Numbered from the stretch's first letter, positions 10,350 through 19,604 are shown. The stretch is 56,283 nucleotides of DNA from Candidatus Microgenomates bacterium (GCA_025451195.1 JANWKV010000038.1:1-56283), one strand, 5' to 3'. A program made the numbers and translations. Notes: a model not told the origin generated them from the sequence alone.

Positions 10350-10368
10350 AAAACGTGTTTGATCTAAA

Positions 10369-10396
10369 TAAACCGTCTAGCAATAGGCGGTTTTTT
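10369..10396 (+). terminator. Intrinsic terminator between convergent genes
   Basis: AAACCGTCTA-GCAA-TAGGCGGTTT stem-loop (GNRA loop) ending in a T run. Confidence 0.8.
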
Positions 10397-10418
10397 AGTA
10401 TTACTGGTAGAAAAAAAA

Positions 10419-10760
10419 TTACTGTTGAGGGGTATCTTGCGATTGATTGTTAACGTCTTGATTACTTGTATTTTGGTCTTGCTGTAGTTGATTTAAACTG
10501 TTCTGGACACTTTGTACATCTTGGTCTAATTGTTGATTAGAAGTATTTGATTTATTTTGTAATCCGCTGCTATTTGTAGTACCTGACTGAGTATTTGGAG
10601 ATGTTGACGGCTGATTTGCAGACATTGTTGTTGCAGTTTGCATCATTGAAGACTTATTATAGTGATGCCAAAGTTTATATCCACCAAATCCAATTACAGC
10701 TAATACGATTATTCCTCCAATTACCCAATACAGAGTTTTATTTGAATTTTGAGTTGCCAT
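10419..10760 (-). CDS. Small single-TM protein with Ser/Thr/Gln/Asn-rich tail
   Basis: MATQNSNKTLYWVIGGIIVLAVIGFGGYKLW...; start re-called to ATG at 10760 to avoid overlap with the divergent gene. Confidence 0.75.
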   Translation of the reverse strand: MATQNSNKTLYWVIGGIIVLAVIGFGGYKLWHHYNKSSMMQTATTMSANQPSTSPNTQSGTTNSSGLQNKSNTSNQQLDQDVQSVQNSLNQLQQDQNTSNQDVNNQSQDTPQQ

Positions 10761-10899
10761 TTTTGCTTTAGTATAAATAGCAAAAATATAAATATTTATA
10801 CTAATAGATTTATAAACGAGAAAAATGAACCGAAAATGACATTTGCTAACTATTTTGGAAGTGCTTGTATTTTTTAATTTTTTTGTTATAATTTTTTTA

Positions 10900-11322
10900 A
10901 TGAGCAAGATGGATCCGGTTGTACATTTTGAAATGCCTTCTAAAGATAAAAAGCGCACAGCGGATTTTTATTCTACTGTTTTTGGCTGGAAAATGACCCA
11001 AATGGGCCAAGAAATGGGAAGCTACCTTCTTGCCGGCACAACAGAAACAGATGAAAATAATATGGTAAAAACACCCGGCGCAATTAACGGCGGATTTTTT
11101 GACTATCAGGAAAAGAGTGGATTTAATATGCCCCACTTGGTAATCTCTGTAGATAATTTGGAAGAATCTATGAAGAAAGTAGAAGATAAGGGCGGAAAAG
11201 TACTGGGCGGAATAAAAGGGCCAGGAACAGTTGATGATATTCCGGGAATTGGCCGCTATGTTTCTTTTGAAGACAGTGATGGAAATCACGTAGGAATGCT
11301 CCAACCACTTCCTGAAAAATAA
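10900..11322 (+). CDS. VOC/glyoxalase family protein
   Basis: VVHFEMP...FYSTVFGW...GAINGG...FEDSDGNHVGM. Start re-called to ATG at 10900. Confidence 0.9.
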   Translation: MSKMDPVVHFEMPSKDKKRTADFYSTVFGWKMTQMGQEMGSYLLAGTTETDENNMVKTPGAINGGFFDYQEKSGFNMPHLVISVDNLEESMKKVEDKGGKVLGGIKGPGTVDDIPGIGRYVSFEDSDGNHVGMLQPLPEK

Positions 11323-11353
11323 ATCCTCTTACTCCCCTAACTCAGGTTTACAA

Positions 11354-11423
11354 ATAGTGTATAATACCCGATTACTTGATTTTGACCTTATCAACTTTTG
11401 CAAAATCAAGTATGAACGGTATA
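11354..11423 (+). repeat. Conserved intergenic hairpin element, copy 1 (copy 2 at 34131-34190)
   Basis: ATAGTGTATAATACCCGATTACTTGATT...TTTGCAAAATCAAGTATGAACGGTATA aligns with 34131-34190; internal stem ACTTGATTTTG/CAAAATCAAGT. Confidence 0.7.
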
Positions 11424-11466
11424 TCTAACTCTTTTTCATTATTCCATTAAGGTTTATACTAATATT

Positions 11467-12624
11467 ATGAGAAGTGTTTTGGTTAGCGGGTCCGGAATTG
11501 CCGGACTTACAACCGCGTATTGGCTGGCAAAGGACGGTTGGAAGGTTACTATTGTTGAAAAGGCAAAAGGAGAAAGGCTTGATGGCTACATGATGGATTT
11601 TTACGGCAACGGCTGGGATGTTGCGGAAAAAATGGGAATAGAGGAGAAAATTAGAAATATCCATTACCCGATAATAGACGTACAAATTGTTAAAAATAAC
11701 GGACAAAAGTACTTTTCATTCCCTGTATCAAGAATGATAAAAGCATTGGACAATAAATACCGCCCCATCAGAAGGCCTGACTTAGAACATATCTTACTTG
11801 GTGAGGTAAAAAAATTCCCTGTAACAATCCTCTACGATACGGTTGTTAAAGATTTAGAAAATACACCCGCCTTAGTAAAAGTAAAGTTGAGTAGCGGAAT
11901 ACAAAGATCGTTTGATATTGTAGTAGGTGCCGACGGAGTACATTCCAACATACGTAAACTTGTTTTTGGGCAAGAGAGTTTGTTTAGCCATTATTTGGGT
12001 TATATTTTTTCTTTTTTTCACACAAAACGGGACAAATCAATCGGAGATAACTTATGCCTATATCAGGAACCAAACAGACAATTTGGTATGTACCCCTACT
12101 CCGAAAATGAAATGGATGTATTATATGTGCTTAAAAGTAAAGAACATAAACGCATGCAAAAGTCTGAATACAAACCTTTTTTGACAAAAGAAATTAAAGG
12201 CATGGGGTGGATTGCAGAGGAGATTTTGGAAAACACACCATCTGAGAAAGTTACTTTTTTAGACACGACCGAACAAATAAGAATGGACAGTTGGTACAAA
12301 AACCGCGTTGTGTTGGTTGGTGACGCTGGGGCCTGCCCAACACTTGCTGCGGGGCAAGGCTCTTCTATGGCTATGACGGAAGCCTATGTACTGACCAAAA
12401 ATCTACGTGAATTTGAAGATATTGATAAAGCATTTAAAGGATATCAGGAAGAATTGTCTGATTACGTTTCAAAAATTCAAATAAAGGGTGCAAAATTTGC
12501 CAAAAGTTTTATTCCAAGTTCTACATTGGGAGTAATTTTCCAACGCTGGTTTATGATGGTTGCCATGAGTCCCCTTTTTGCAAGAAAATCTTTAAACTGG
12601 TTTACCGAAAAAAAGATTTTATAA
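11467..12624 (+). CDS. FAD-dependent monooxygenase (UbiH/FAD_binding_3-like)
   Basis: GSGIAG, VVGADGVHS and LVGDAG...AGQG motifs. Confidence 0.9.
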   Translation: MRSVLVSGSGIAGLTTAYWLAKDGWKVTIVEKAKGERLDGYMMDFYGNGWDVAEKMGIEEKIRNIHYPIIDVQIVKNNGQKYFSFPVSRMIKALDNKYRPIRRPDLEHILLGEVKKFPVTILYDTVVKDLENTPALVKVKLSSGIQRSFDIVVGADGVHSNIRKLVFGQESLFSHYLGYIFSFFHTKRDKSIGDNLCLYQEPNRQFGMYPYSENEMDVLYVLKSKEHKRMQKSEYKPFLTKEIKGMGWIAEEILENTPSEKVTFLDTTEQIRMDSWYKNRVVLVGDAGACPTLAAGQGSSMAMTEAYVLTKNLREFEDIDKAFKGYQEELSDYVSKIQIKGAKFAKSFIPSSTLGVIFQRWFMMVAMSPLFARKSLNWFTEKKIL

Positions 12625-12711
12625 ATTTGCCAAACAAGGAAATGGATGGAGAATATTTAAAGTTGAAACTGGACTTGCAAAAAATAAAATTACTTGATTA
12701 ATTATAACAAT

Positions 12712-13461
12712 CTATTGTGTAAACCTGAATGTTTTAATAATCTCGTTTGTAATCTCCAAACCGCAGTGGGTACAAGTTAGTAAAACCGCGGTATTACCTT
12801 TTAGAAAAATTGCCGCCTGGTCCGAGCCTTCGCCATAAACACTTTTGTCTATCATCCAACTGGCGTTTGGAATATTTACAGATGTATCTTTTATAAAGTT
12901 GTCTATTGCCAAATTCGGAGTGTCCCCTGGAGATTGATGGCTTGCAATAAACTCCGCAAGCGATTTTGCATCTGTTTTTACCGTGTCTATTGTTAATATA
13001 TATCTTTGAGACAAATCAGATGTATTATTTGCAATTACGTCTTCTATAAAGTTTTTTTGGGTATTATTTAAACTTGGTTCCAACTGCCAGTTTGGAGGAA
13101 ACTTAAAAGAAAAAGCACTTCCAATACCTGTAAAACCAAAGGGGCCGCTGTATGTTTGCCACTTTGTCGGGTCTTGGGTTATAACAATTTCGGGCTGAAC
13201 CTCAACTTTTGTAGTACCCACTAAAGTATATGGCCCTTTTTTTAAGTTGGAAGAAATTTGATTCCATAAAAGAAACCCCCCTACTGCAAATATAGCAAGC
13301 AAAAATAAAATTGCAAACAGAATGTAGGAGTTATTTAATGATATTTTTTCCGGTTTGGCAGATTGATATTTTTTATCAACAGAAGTTTGTTTTAACGGGT
13401 CTTCATAATTGTCTTTCAGGGCCTCTGCTTCGTCTGCTGTTAAGGTCAGGTGTTTATCCAT
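12712..13461 (-). CDS. Single-TM surface protein with PsbP-like C-terminal domain
   Basis: TM segment, W-x-TY...FSFKFPPNW and terminal IIKTFRFT motif. Confidence 0.75.
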   Translation of the reverse strand: MDKHLTLTADEAEALKDNYEDPLKQTSVDKKYQSAKPEKISLNNSYILFAILFLLAIFAVGGFLLWNQISSNLKKGPYTLVGTTKVEVQPEIVITQDPTKWQTYSGPFGFTGIGSAFSFKFPPNWQLEPSLNNTQKNFIEDVIANNTSDLSQRYILTIDTVKTDAKSLAEFIASHQSPGDTPNLAIDNFIKDTSVNIPNASWMIDKSVYGEGSDQAAIFLKGNTAVLLTCTHCGLEITNEIIKTFRFTQ

Positions 13462-13535
13462 ACCTAAATTGTCTCACAACAGTGTGCCAAGTCAACCATA
13501 GTGAAATACTATATATAGTATACTCACAGAAGTTT

Positions 13536-13691
13536 TTGCGGTGTTAAAAATAGTCCGCAGGTGTCCGCAGCTTAGCCTCAAAATCACCGCAGCAACCCGC
13601 AGCCCGCGCAGCGCTGCGGTTCTCCAGCTTTGATTTAATTACCCGCAGCAGCTTCCGCATAGCCTCAATTTTTGATGCGGTCAACCCGCAG
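13536..13691. repeat. GC-rich intergenic cluster of CCGCA(G) motifs
   Basis: Seven forward CCGCA (13555, 13565, 13587, 13597, 13643, 13655, 13686) and three reverse TGCGG (13537, 13615, 13676) in about 155 bp. Confidence 0.7.
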
Positions 13692-13712
13692 GTGTATAAT
13701 TAAAACAAATAT

Positions 13713-14280
13713 ATGAACAATACATATATTGTGGTTGCGGCTCTTTTTTGGGCTGTCTTTTGGATTTACTGGTTTATAAACAACAGTAACCAGAAAGAAA
13801 CAAAACAAAAACCAATTCTTTCCCAAGTCCTTCCCTACCGGATTTTTTGGACCTTATCTTTTTTATTTTTTAATTGTCCCCAAATTTTTTGCTTTGGATT
13901 TTGTGGTTTTACCATCGGGTTTTCTGGTAGGACTTTTGGGGGATTTTGTTTGCGGGGCGGGCCTTATTGTTTGCATTCTGGCAAGGAAAGAATTGGCAGG
14001 TAATTGGGCAATGCAGCTTGATTTAAAAAAGAATCATGAGCTTATAACATCCGGCCCTTATAAATTTGTCCGCCACCCAATCTACACCGGTTTTCTGTTA
14101 ATGTTTTTAGGTACGGCAATTACAATTGGCATGGCAGGAGGATTAATTGGCGTAATCCTGCAAATAATTGGAAGTTTTTTAAGAATTAAAAATGAAGAGG
14201 CTCTAATGACAAAAACTTTTGGAAAAAAATATTTGGAATATAAATCCCACGCCAAAACCCTTATCCCCTTTCTTTTATAA
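13713..14280 (+). pseudogene. Isoprenylcysteine carboxyl methyltransferase (Ste14/PEMT) family, frameshifted
   Basis: C-terminal frame has HELITSGPYKFVRHPIYTG and EE motifs. Removing one T from the T tracts at 13859-13871 joins the two ORFs (...SFLFLIVPKFFALDFVV...). May be a sequencing indel. Confidence 0.8.
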
Positions 14281-14421
14281 TTTTAACCACCTTTTATCCA
14301 TTTAAGTAATAAAATTAACTCGACTTTCTTCAAGAGAGTTTTGTTTATACTGAGAACATTCACTACATTCAGTATAAATGAGGTGAATGTGCTTCTTTTG
14401 CTGGCAGAATTGCTAGTATAT

Positions 14422-14664
14422 TTAATTAAAATTTGAGTTTGGGTTAAGTTTAATATTGGACGGAATATTGGTTGAAGAGCCGGAGTTTGTAACCGGTGCC
14501 GGATTACCAAAATTACTTTCATTCCACAAAAAAATCCCAAGCACAATTAAAATAACTAAAAGAATTATTGTAAAAATAAATCCGTTACCAAGTTTTATAA
14601 CCTGTTTATCCTTTTTTTCCGGAACAATTTCTTGATCTAAGATTGTACTTTGAATGTTATCCAT
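14422..14664 (-). CDS. Small single-TM hypothetical protein (possibly truncated surface-protein paralog)
   Basis: 80-aa ORF with one TM and a Ser/Asn/Pro-rich tail; upstream motif shared with the genes starting at 13461 and 17388. Confidence 0.6.
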   Translation of the reverse strand: MDNIQSTILDQEIVPEKKDKQVIKLGNGFIFTIILLVILIVLGIFLWNESNFGNPAPVTNSGSSTNIPSNIKLNPNSNFN

Positions 14665-14713
14665 ACAAAGATTATCTCACAAATAAAAAAATCAAAAAAG
14701 TTAAAATCCGCGG

Positions 14714-15103
14714 TTATTTTTCCTGCAGAATGGAGAATATGTTTCCCGATGGGTCTGTAAACCATGCAATGTCAGGTCCCATGCCGGCTTTAATTCCGCG
14801 CGCAATTCCTTTTGTGTCTTGAGGCATTTCTTTCATGTTGTATTTTTCAAACTTAACGCCTTTTTTCCCTAATTCTTCCACTGCTTTGTCTATATCTTCC
14901 ACAATAAAATTTAAAACAGTGTATGATGCCGGAGTGTGGTTTGGTTTATCGTATACAAAAACTACAGCTTTACTCCCTGGCAAATACAATTGAAGGCCCA
15001 TCCCCTTTTCCTTAGTAACTTTTAAACCCAAAACTCCAGCGTAGAATTTTTCTGCTTCTTCTAAATTTTTTACCGAAAATCCGCTGAATGCCGCGTTAAA
15101 CAT
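14714..15103 (-). CDS. VOC/glyoxalase family protein
   Basis: FSVKNLEEAEKFYAGVLGL...VLNFIVEDID...AWFTDPSGN. Confidence 0.9.
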   Translation of the reverse strand: MFNAAFSGFSVKNLEEAEKFYAGVLGLKVTKEKGMGLQLYLPGSKAVVFVYDKPNHTPASYTVLNFIVEDIDKAVEELGKKGVKFEKYNMKEMPQDTKGIARGIKAGMGPDIAWFTDPSGNIFSILQEK

Positions 15104-15112
15104 ATATAAAAA

Positions 15113-15502
15113 TTATTTTGCGGTGTATTCTCCGTCTGCTACCGGTTCTTCCCAAGTAAGCTCACCGCTTGTTATTGCCAAGTGGGACATATGGTCTGTT
15201 TCTTCCGGATGTGCACCGTGCCAATGATCGGTATTTGGTGGAATTTGTACAACATCTCCGGAGACTGCGTTAATTACTTCTTGTCCGCGAAGCTGGACAC
15301 GGCCTTTTCCTTCCAAGAAATACAAAACTTGTCTGCCTGTATGTTTATGCCAAAATGTGTGTGCGCCTTTTTCAAAAGTAACCCGTAAAACCGTTGCGCC
15401 CTCTTCTACTTTTCCGGTGTTTTGGATAAATACGTTACCTGTAAAATTATCTGGGGACCCTTTTGTTTTTTCAAAATCTTCACCGCGTTTCGCTTGTGCC
15501 AT
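15113..15502 (-). CDS. Cupin domain protein
   Basis: FTGNV...HTFWHKH..RQVL and GDVVQIPPNTDHWHGA cupin motifs. Confidence 0.9.
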   Translation of the reverse strand: MAQAKRGEDFEKTKGSPDNFTGNVFIQNTGKVEEGATVLRVTFEKGAHTFWHKHTGRQVLYFLEGKGRVQLRGQEVINAVSGDVVQIPPNTDHWHGAHPEETDHMSHLAITSGELTWEEPVADGEYTAK

Positions 15503-15580
15503 AACAAACACATAGTACGACTACAAAAATATTCTGTCAATGCACGAAAGTAGAGTATGCGGAAGGTTTGTGTGTCAAAG

Positions 15581-16009
15581 TTATGGTTTACTATCTACTG
15601 CTTCCAGTGTTCCAGGGTAATCTGCACCCGATATTGTATAGGTTGCCTTTAAACCTCCTCTTAATCCAATTAAATAATTTGGCATTGTCCATGTTGGAGG
15701 ATTATTTCCTCTTCTTCCTCTAAAAATTACATCACGATCATTAACAATTAAAGTCGGGGCTATTTCTTGTCTTCCCCGACGTATGGTTGGACCAAATTGA
15801 GTTACAAGCGCCTGATCCATACCCCTTGTTCTACCGTGAGGGCCTATCGCGCCGTCGATAACGCTTTCTACGGCAATAGAAATGTCGCTTATATAAAAAG
15901 GGTTTTTTACAGCTGGCGCTCCCGGCCATTGACTAATAGTGGGTCCGAATTCTGTTCTTGCACCACTTGGTAAACTTATCCCTTTTGCCGGAACGAATCG
16001 TAAAGCCAT
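15581..16009 (-). CDS. Hypothetical protein (ORFan-like)
   Basis: 142-aa ORF with ATG preceded by an extended -10-like TGATAGAAT; no recognisable motif. Confidence 0.55.
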   Translation of the reverse strand: MALRFVPAKGISLPSGARTEFGPTISQWPGAPAVKNPFYISDISIAVESVIDGAIGPHGRTRGMDQALVTQFGPTIRRGRQEIAPTLIVNDRDVIFRGRRGNNPPTWTMPNYLIGLRGGLKATYTISGADYPGTLEAVDSKP

Positions 16010-16122
16010 AGTTGGATTCTATCAAATCCTATAGCTATAGTCAAATTCCAAATCTCTGGTTCTTAAATGTGTGCCACACATCATTAAATTACAGCTTAGA
16101 GTTTCATGATGATGGTTTGGTT

Positions 16123-16620
16123 TTATTTTTTGTTTCTGAGTAAAACAAAATAATCTACTTTCTCACCATTTAGGTGGCGGATTATTTTATCAACAACTTT
16201 TGAACGGGTTTCTTCTGTTTTTATAAAATTTATATATCTGTTAATTTCTTTTTGCCGCGAAGGTGGAAAATTACCGAATGCTTCTTTTGCTCTCTCATTT
16301 TTTTCCAAAGCGGTTTTAAACATTTTGTGCATTGGTTCTATTCGGGGTGAATTGTCGTATGATATTTCTACTTTAACTTTACTGCCAACATCAACTCCGG
16401 TAACTTTACGCACAATGCCATTTATATATAACCGCCAAAAACCTTGATACTTAACTAATGTTTGGACAAAATCTTTGCCATTGATTTTCCCTTTTACCGG
16501 AATTGCCCCTTTATCTTTGCCAGATTGCTTAAAAATTGAAGAAAGAACTGTATCCGGTAAATAAACATACGGATTTACGCCAATAATAAAAACCTCTGCG
16601 GAAAAATTAAAAATCTCCAT
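16123..16620 (-). CDS. DUF1905 + YdeI/OmpD-associated domain protein
   Basis: IPVKGKING...TLVKY...G..VKVEI followed by FKTALEKNERAKEAF..FPPSRQKE..YI..IK.EETR. Confidence 0.8.
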   Translation of the reverse strand: MEIFNFSAEVFIIGVNPYVYLPDTVLSSIFKQSGKDKGAIPVKGKINGKDFVQTLVKYQGFWRLYINGIVRKVTGVDVGSKVKVEISYDNSPRIEPMHKMFKTALEKNERAKEAFGNFPPSRQKEINRYINFIKTEETRSKVVDKIIRHLNGEKVDYFVLLRNKK

Positions 16621-16632
16621 GCGAAAATTATA

Positions 16633-17388
16633 TCAAGGTTGCTGGGTGAATTTGAAAGTTTTGACAATTTGAAGCTCAGCGCTTTCTGAAGAGGGGTCAA
16701 TAGCCATTGGACCAAAATCAATAATTTGTGTACCGTCGGAGAAAGGAATATACCAGCCAACAGTTCCTTCCCCTCCCTGATGGTACGCTTCCATTTCTGC
16801 GTTATTGAGCATTATAGATTTTCTTTGAAAATCCCCTGCCAACGCCGGAATTTGCTTCGCTTGAATTGCGTCTATATAGGTCTTAATTGACTGGTCTGTT
16901 GATATAAATGTTACAAATAAATTATTTTTATATAAAATACTGCCTCCATTTCCTGTTGGCGAACCGGTTGCCGGGTCATATAAATTAGTGCCATAAGGTA
17001 TATCTTGCTTAGTCCATGTCCCTGGGTACCGGAAACTATACCCTGTTCCTGAATATGTTTTCCAGGAAACGGTCGGGTCTGGTGTTGGAGATGGTGCAAA
17101 TGTTGGAATTGGAACAGTAATTGTCGGTGCGGGTTTTACCTTTTGGGTAAAAAGCCCCAAGCGGTTTGTTGCACCAAGATAATACGACCCTGCAACAATA
17201 CATATTAGAACAATAAATCCCAAAATAAAAAGAAGAAATTTTCCAGAAGAATTCTGTTTTGGCTTTTCATTTAAGCTTTGTTTTTGCTCTTCAATAACCT
17301 GCGGATTAACATATATTTGGCTGGGTGCTGCTATCGTTTACTGATCTGGTTGAGGCCCCTTTGCTTGCGGATCCTTCGGATTATCCAT
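16633..17388 (-). pseudogene. Single-TM PsbP-like surface protein with in-frame stop at codon 17
   Basis: ATG at 17388 (MDNPKDPQAKGPQPDQ*TIAAPSQ...) is in frame with the 16633-17223 ORF; TAA at 17340-17338; WKTY...YSFRYP and IVKTFKFT motifs. Confidence 0.65.
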
Positions 17389-17459
17389 ATTTTTATTGTC
17401 TCAGGAGTATTGAGAAAAAGTCAAATTCTTAAGATAGATTTTCTCAAAAAAAACAAATT

Positions 17460-17939
17460 TCAGAGGCGCATAAAAGAAGGGCCTTCGCGTTTGTATTCTT
17501 TATCCATAATTTTAAGAGTATTCTCTTCCGTTGTCGGATAATAACGGTTAAGGTTTGGTAAATGGGACAAAACCTGTTCTTCCTCTCCCGGCATTACATT
17601 ATGTCCAAACCCGTTAAAATTATAGCCGACATCCCCCCCAACTCCAAAAAGTTTTACATTCGCATTCTGGTGGCAAATATCATTTCTAAGTTGCTCGTAA
17701 GGTCTAAAAATAACAAAGTTTAACATGGTATAAACATAAGGCTTCCATCCTGCTTTACTCATTCCGTAAACAACCCCCATCATTGTCTGCTCGGCAACAC
17801 CTATATTTAAAAACTGTTTTGGGAATGTGTCTATGTAATTTTGCATATAGGTAAAACCAACATCGCCAACAATTAATATTACTCTCTTGTCTTTTTTTGC
17901 AAGTTCGGTCATTTTTTGGATAAAAGGTTTTCGCATCAT
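17460..17939 (-). CDS. Transketolase pyrimidine-binding subunit (short, lacks C-terminal domain)
   Basis: MRKPF...GDVG...FLNIGVAEQTMMG...RPYEQLRND; ends at GPSFMRL. Confidence 0.88.
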   Translation of the reverse strand: MMRKPFIQKMTELAKKDKRVILIVGDVGFTYMQNYIDTFPKQFLNIGVAEQTMMGVVYGMSKAGWKPYVYTMLNFVIFRPYEQLRNDICHQNANVKLFGVGGDVGYNFNGFGHNVMPGEEEQVLSHLPNLNRYYPTTEENTLKIMDKEYKREGPSFMRL

Positions 17940-18697
17940 AATGAAAGTTCTTTAACAGCCCTTTTATAAATATCGTCATCAACATATTTGTAATGGAAAA
18001 CAAGTGAATCTTCCATAAAAGAAACGCCTTTACCTTTTATGGTGTCACAAATTATCACTTTAGGTCCTTTGTGGGGCACTTTTAATGCTTTTTCTATTGC
18101 GGTAAAGTTATGGCCGTTAACCCTTAATGTATCCCAACCCCAAACTTTCCATTTTTCCTCCAAAGGTTCAAGTTTTAAAATATCTTCGGTCCTGCCCATC
18201 GCCTGCCATGTATTACGGTCAACTAAAACCGTTAGGTTCTCTAAGTTTTGATGGGTCGCAATCATCACGCTTTCCCAAGTTGTCCCCTCATTCATCTCAC
18301 CATCAGACATTATGCAAAAAACTTGCCCTTTTACCCCTAATTTTTTCTGCCCCAAAGCAATACCGATTGCAACGGGAAGTCCGTGCCCCATTGACCCGCC
18401 GGTTGTTTCTACGCCTTCTACTCCCACTTCCACTAAATTTTGGTAAGGCTTTTTTGGGAATAAGCTTAAATCTTTTTCAGGGAATTTGCCCTGGCGGGAA
18501 AGTAAAATATATGTTGTTGCCGCGGCCCATCCTTTGCTCCAAACAACACGGTCTTCTTTTTTTAGATTTTCATAAAGTACAACTGCCAAATCGGTAACAG
18601 AGTAATTACTGGCAATGTGGCTTGTCTGGGCTTTATGGATCATATCCAAAGCCTTTCGCCTTACCTCGGTTGCAATTTTTTTGTAATCCTTCTTCAC
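17936..18697 (-). CDS. Transketolase N-terminal (ThDP-binding) subunit
   Basis: GSMGHGLP, SDGEMNEGTTWE...DRN, TIKGKGVSFME..FH. Likely GTG start at 18697 (ORF open to 18736). Confidence 0.88.
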   Translation of the reverse strand: MKKDYKKIATEVRRKALDMIHKAQTSHIASNYSVTDLAVVLYENLKKEDRVVWSKGWAAATTYILLSRQGKFPEKDLSLFPKKPYQNLVEVGVEGVETTGGSMGHGLPVAIGIALGQKKLGVKGQVFCIMSDGEMNEGTTWESVMIATHQNLENLTVLVDRNTWQAMGRTEDILKLEPLEEKWKVWGWDTLRVNGHNFTAIEKALKVPHKGPKVIICDTIKGKGVSFMEDSLVFHYKYVDDDIYKRAVKELSL

Positions 18698-18771
18698 GGC
18701 AATGTCAAAATACCAAACAGTTGATTGCCCGGTCAAATTTTAAGTAATTTTTAAACAATCTGTTCTTTTTG

Positions 18772-18969
18772 TTAAAAATTTATAAATCTGGGTATATTAA
18801 ATTTATATAAAAATGCAGGAGTTTCCTGGTCGCTTGTAATTTTTCCCTGCGTAACTAACTTATCAAGTCTTGTTTTCTCCATTGCCTGCATTTTTGCAGG
18901 ATCTGGAGTTGGTATTACTTTTTTATTTTGGGCATGATTCCTGCTTCTGAAAAGATGCTTAACCGATTG
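18772..18969 (-). pseudogene. Possible gene remnant
   Basis: Protein-like stretch AKMQAMEKTRLDKLVTQGKITSDQE without an intact N-terminus; decays into AT-rich sequence. Confidence 0.3.
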
Positions 18970-19007
18970 TTTTTATTTTTCTTATGATACATACTTGTTG
19001 TAGTGAA

Positions 19008-19604
19008 ATGAAAAAAATTATGCTGACTGTTGTTTTACTCGGAATTATTTTTGCTGCAGCATTTATTTTTACCTCCAAATCAAATGCCCCAAAAACAGCA
19101 ACCGCTCCTCTCTCCCCAACTCCAAATACTGTTACGCCTTTACCAACTTTACCCGGGACTAATGTAGCAATAGTTTTTTGCGGATCGAGTCAACTTTCCG
19201 GAAATATTTCTACAGAAGGAGCAGCAGGCAGTATTTATGCAACCCTTACTCTGACAAATATTGGAAATTCAACATGTAAGGTTATCCTGGGCAACACAAT
19301 TTCGGCAATTTTTGATGCGGATAATATTGATGCTCAAAATGTTCAAAGTGGTCAAACAAAAAATTTTTCTCTTACGCCTCAGGAAAAAGTTTATTCACAA
19401 GCCCGACTCCCTAACGGCCCTCAATGCCAGTCTGGCATTGTACAGAAACAAATTAGCTTTTTTTATAAAGCCGCCGATACGTCTGTAGAATTTAAACCGA
19501 CAAGTGCTAACCAGTTAAAACTTACCGTGCAGGCATGCACTTCTCCAGCAGAAAAAACAACAATAGACATCTGGCCTTTGTCAGAAAATCCCGTCAACCA
19601 GTAG
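19008..19604 (+). CDS. Membrane-anchored DUF4232-like protein
   Basis: TM, Pro/Thr linker, C...EGAAGSIYATLTLTN.G.STC motif. Confidence 0.75.
   Translation: MKKIMLTVVLLGIIFAAAFIFTSKSNAPKTATAPLSPTPNTVTPLPTLPGTNVAIVFCGSSQLSGNISTEGAAGSIYATLTLTNIGNSTCKVILGNTISAIFDADNIDAQNVQSGQTKNFSLTPQEKVYSQARLPNGPQCQSGIVQKQISFFYKAADTSVEFKPTSANQLKLTVQACTSPAEKTTIDIWPLSENPVNQ

Noticed and set aside
14283-14546. 87-aa ORF as a frameshifted continuation of 14422-14664
   Set aside because: The translation lacks the family's WxTY and TFxF motifs; no support for joining.
17338-17340. Stop-codon reassignment
   Set aside because: TAA, TAG and TGA all end clearly intact genes elsewhere in the window; a single internal TAA is better explained by mutation or error.
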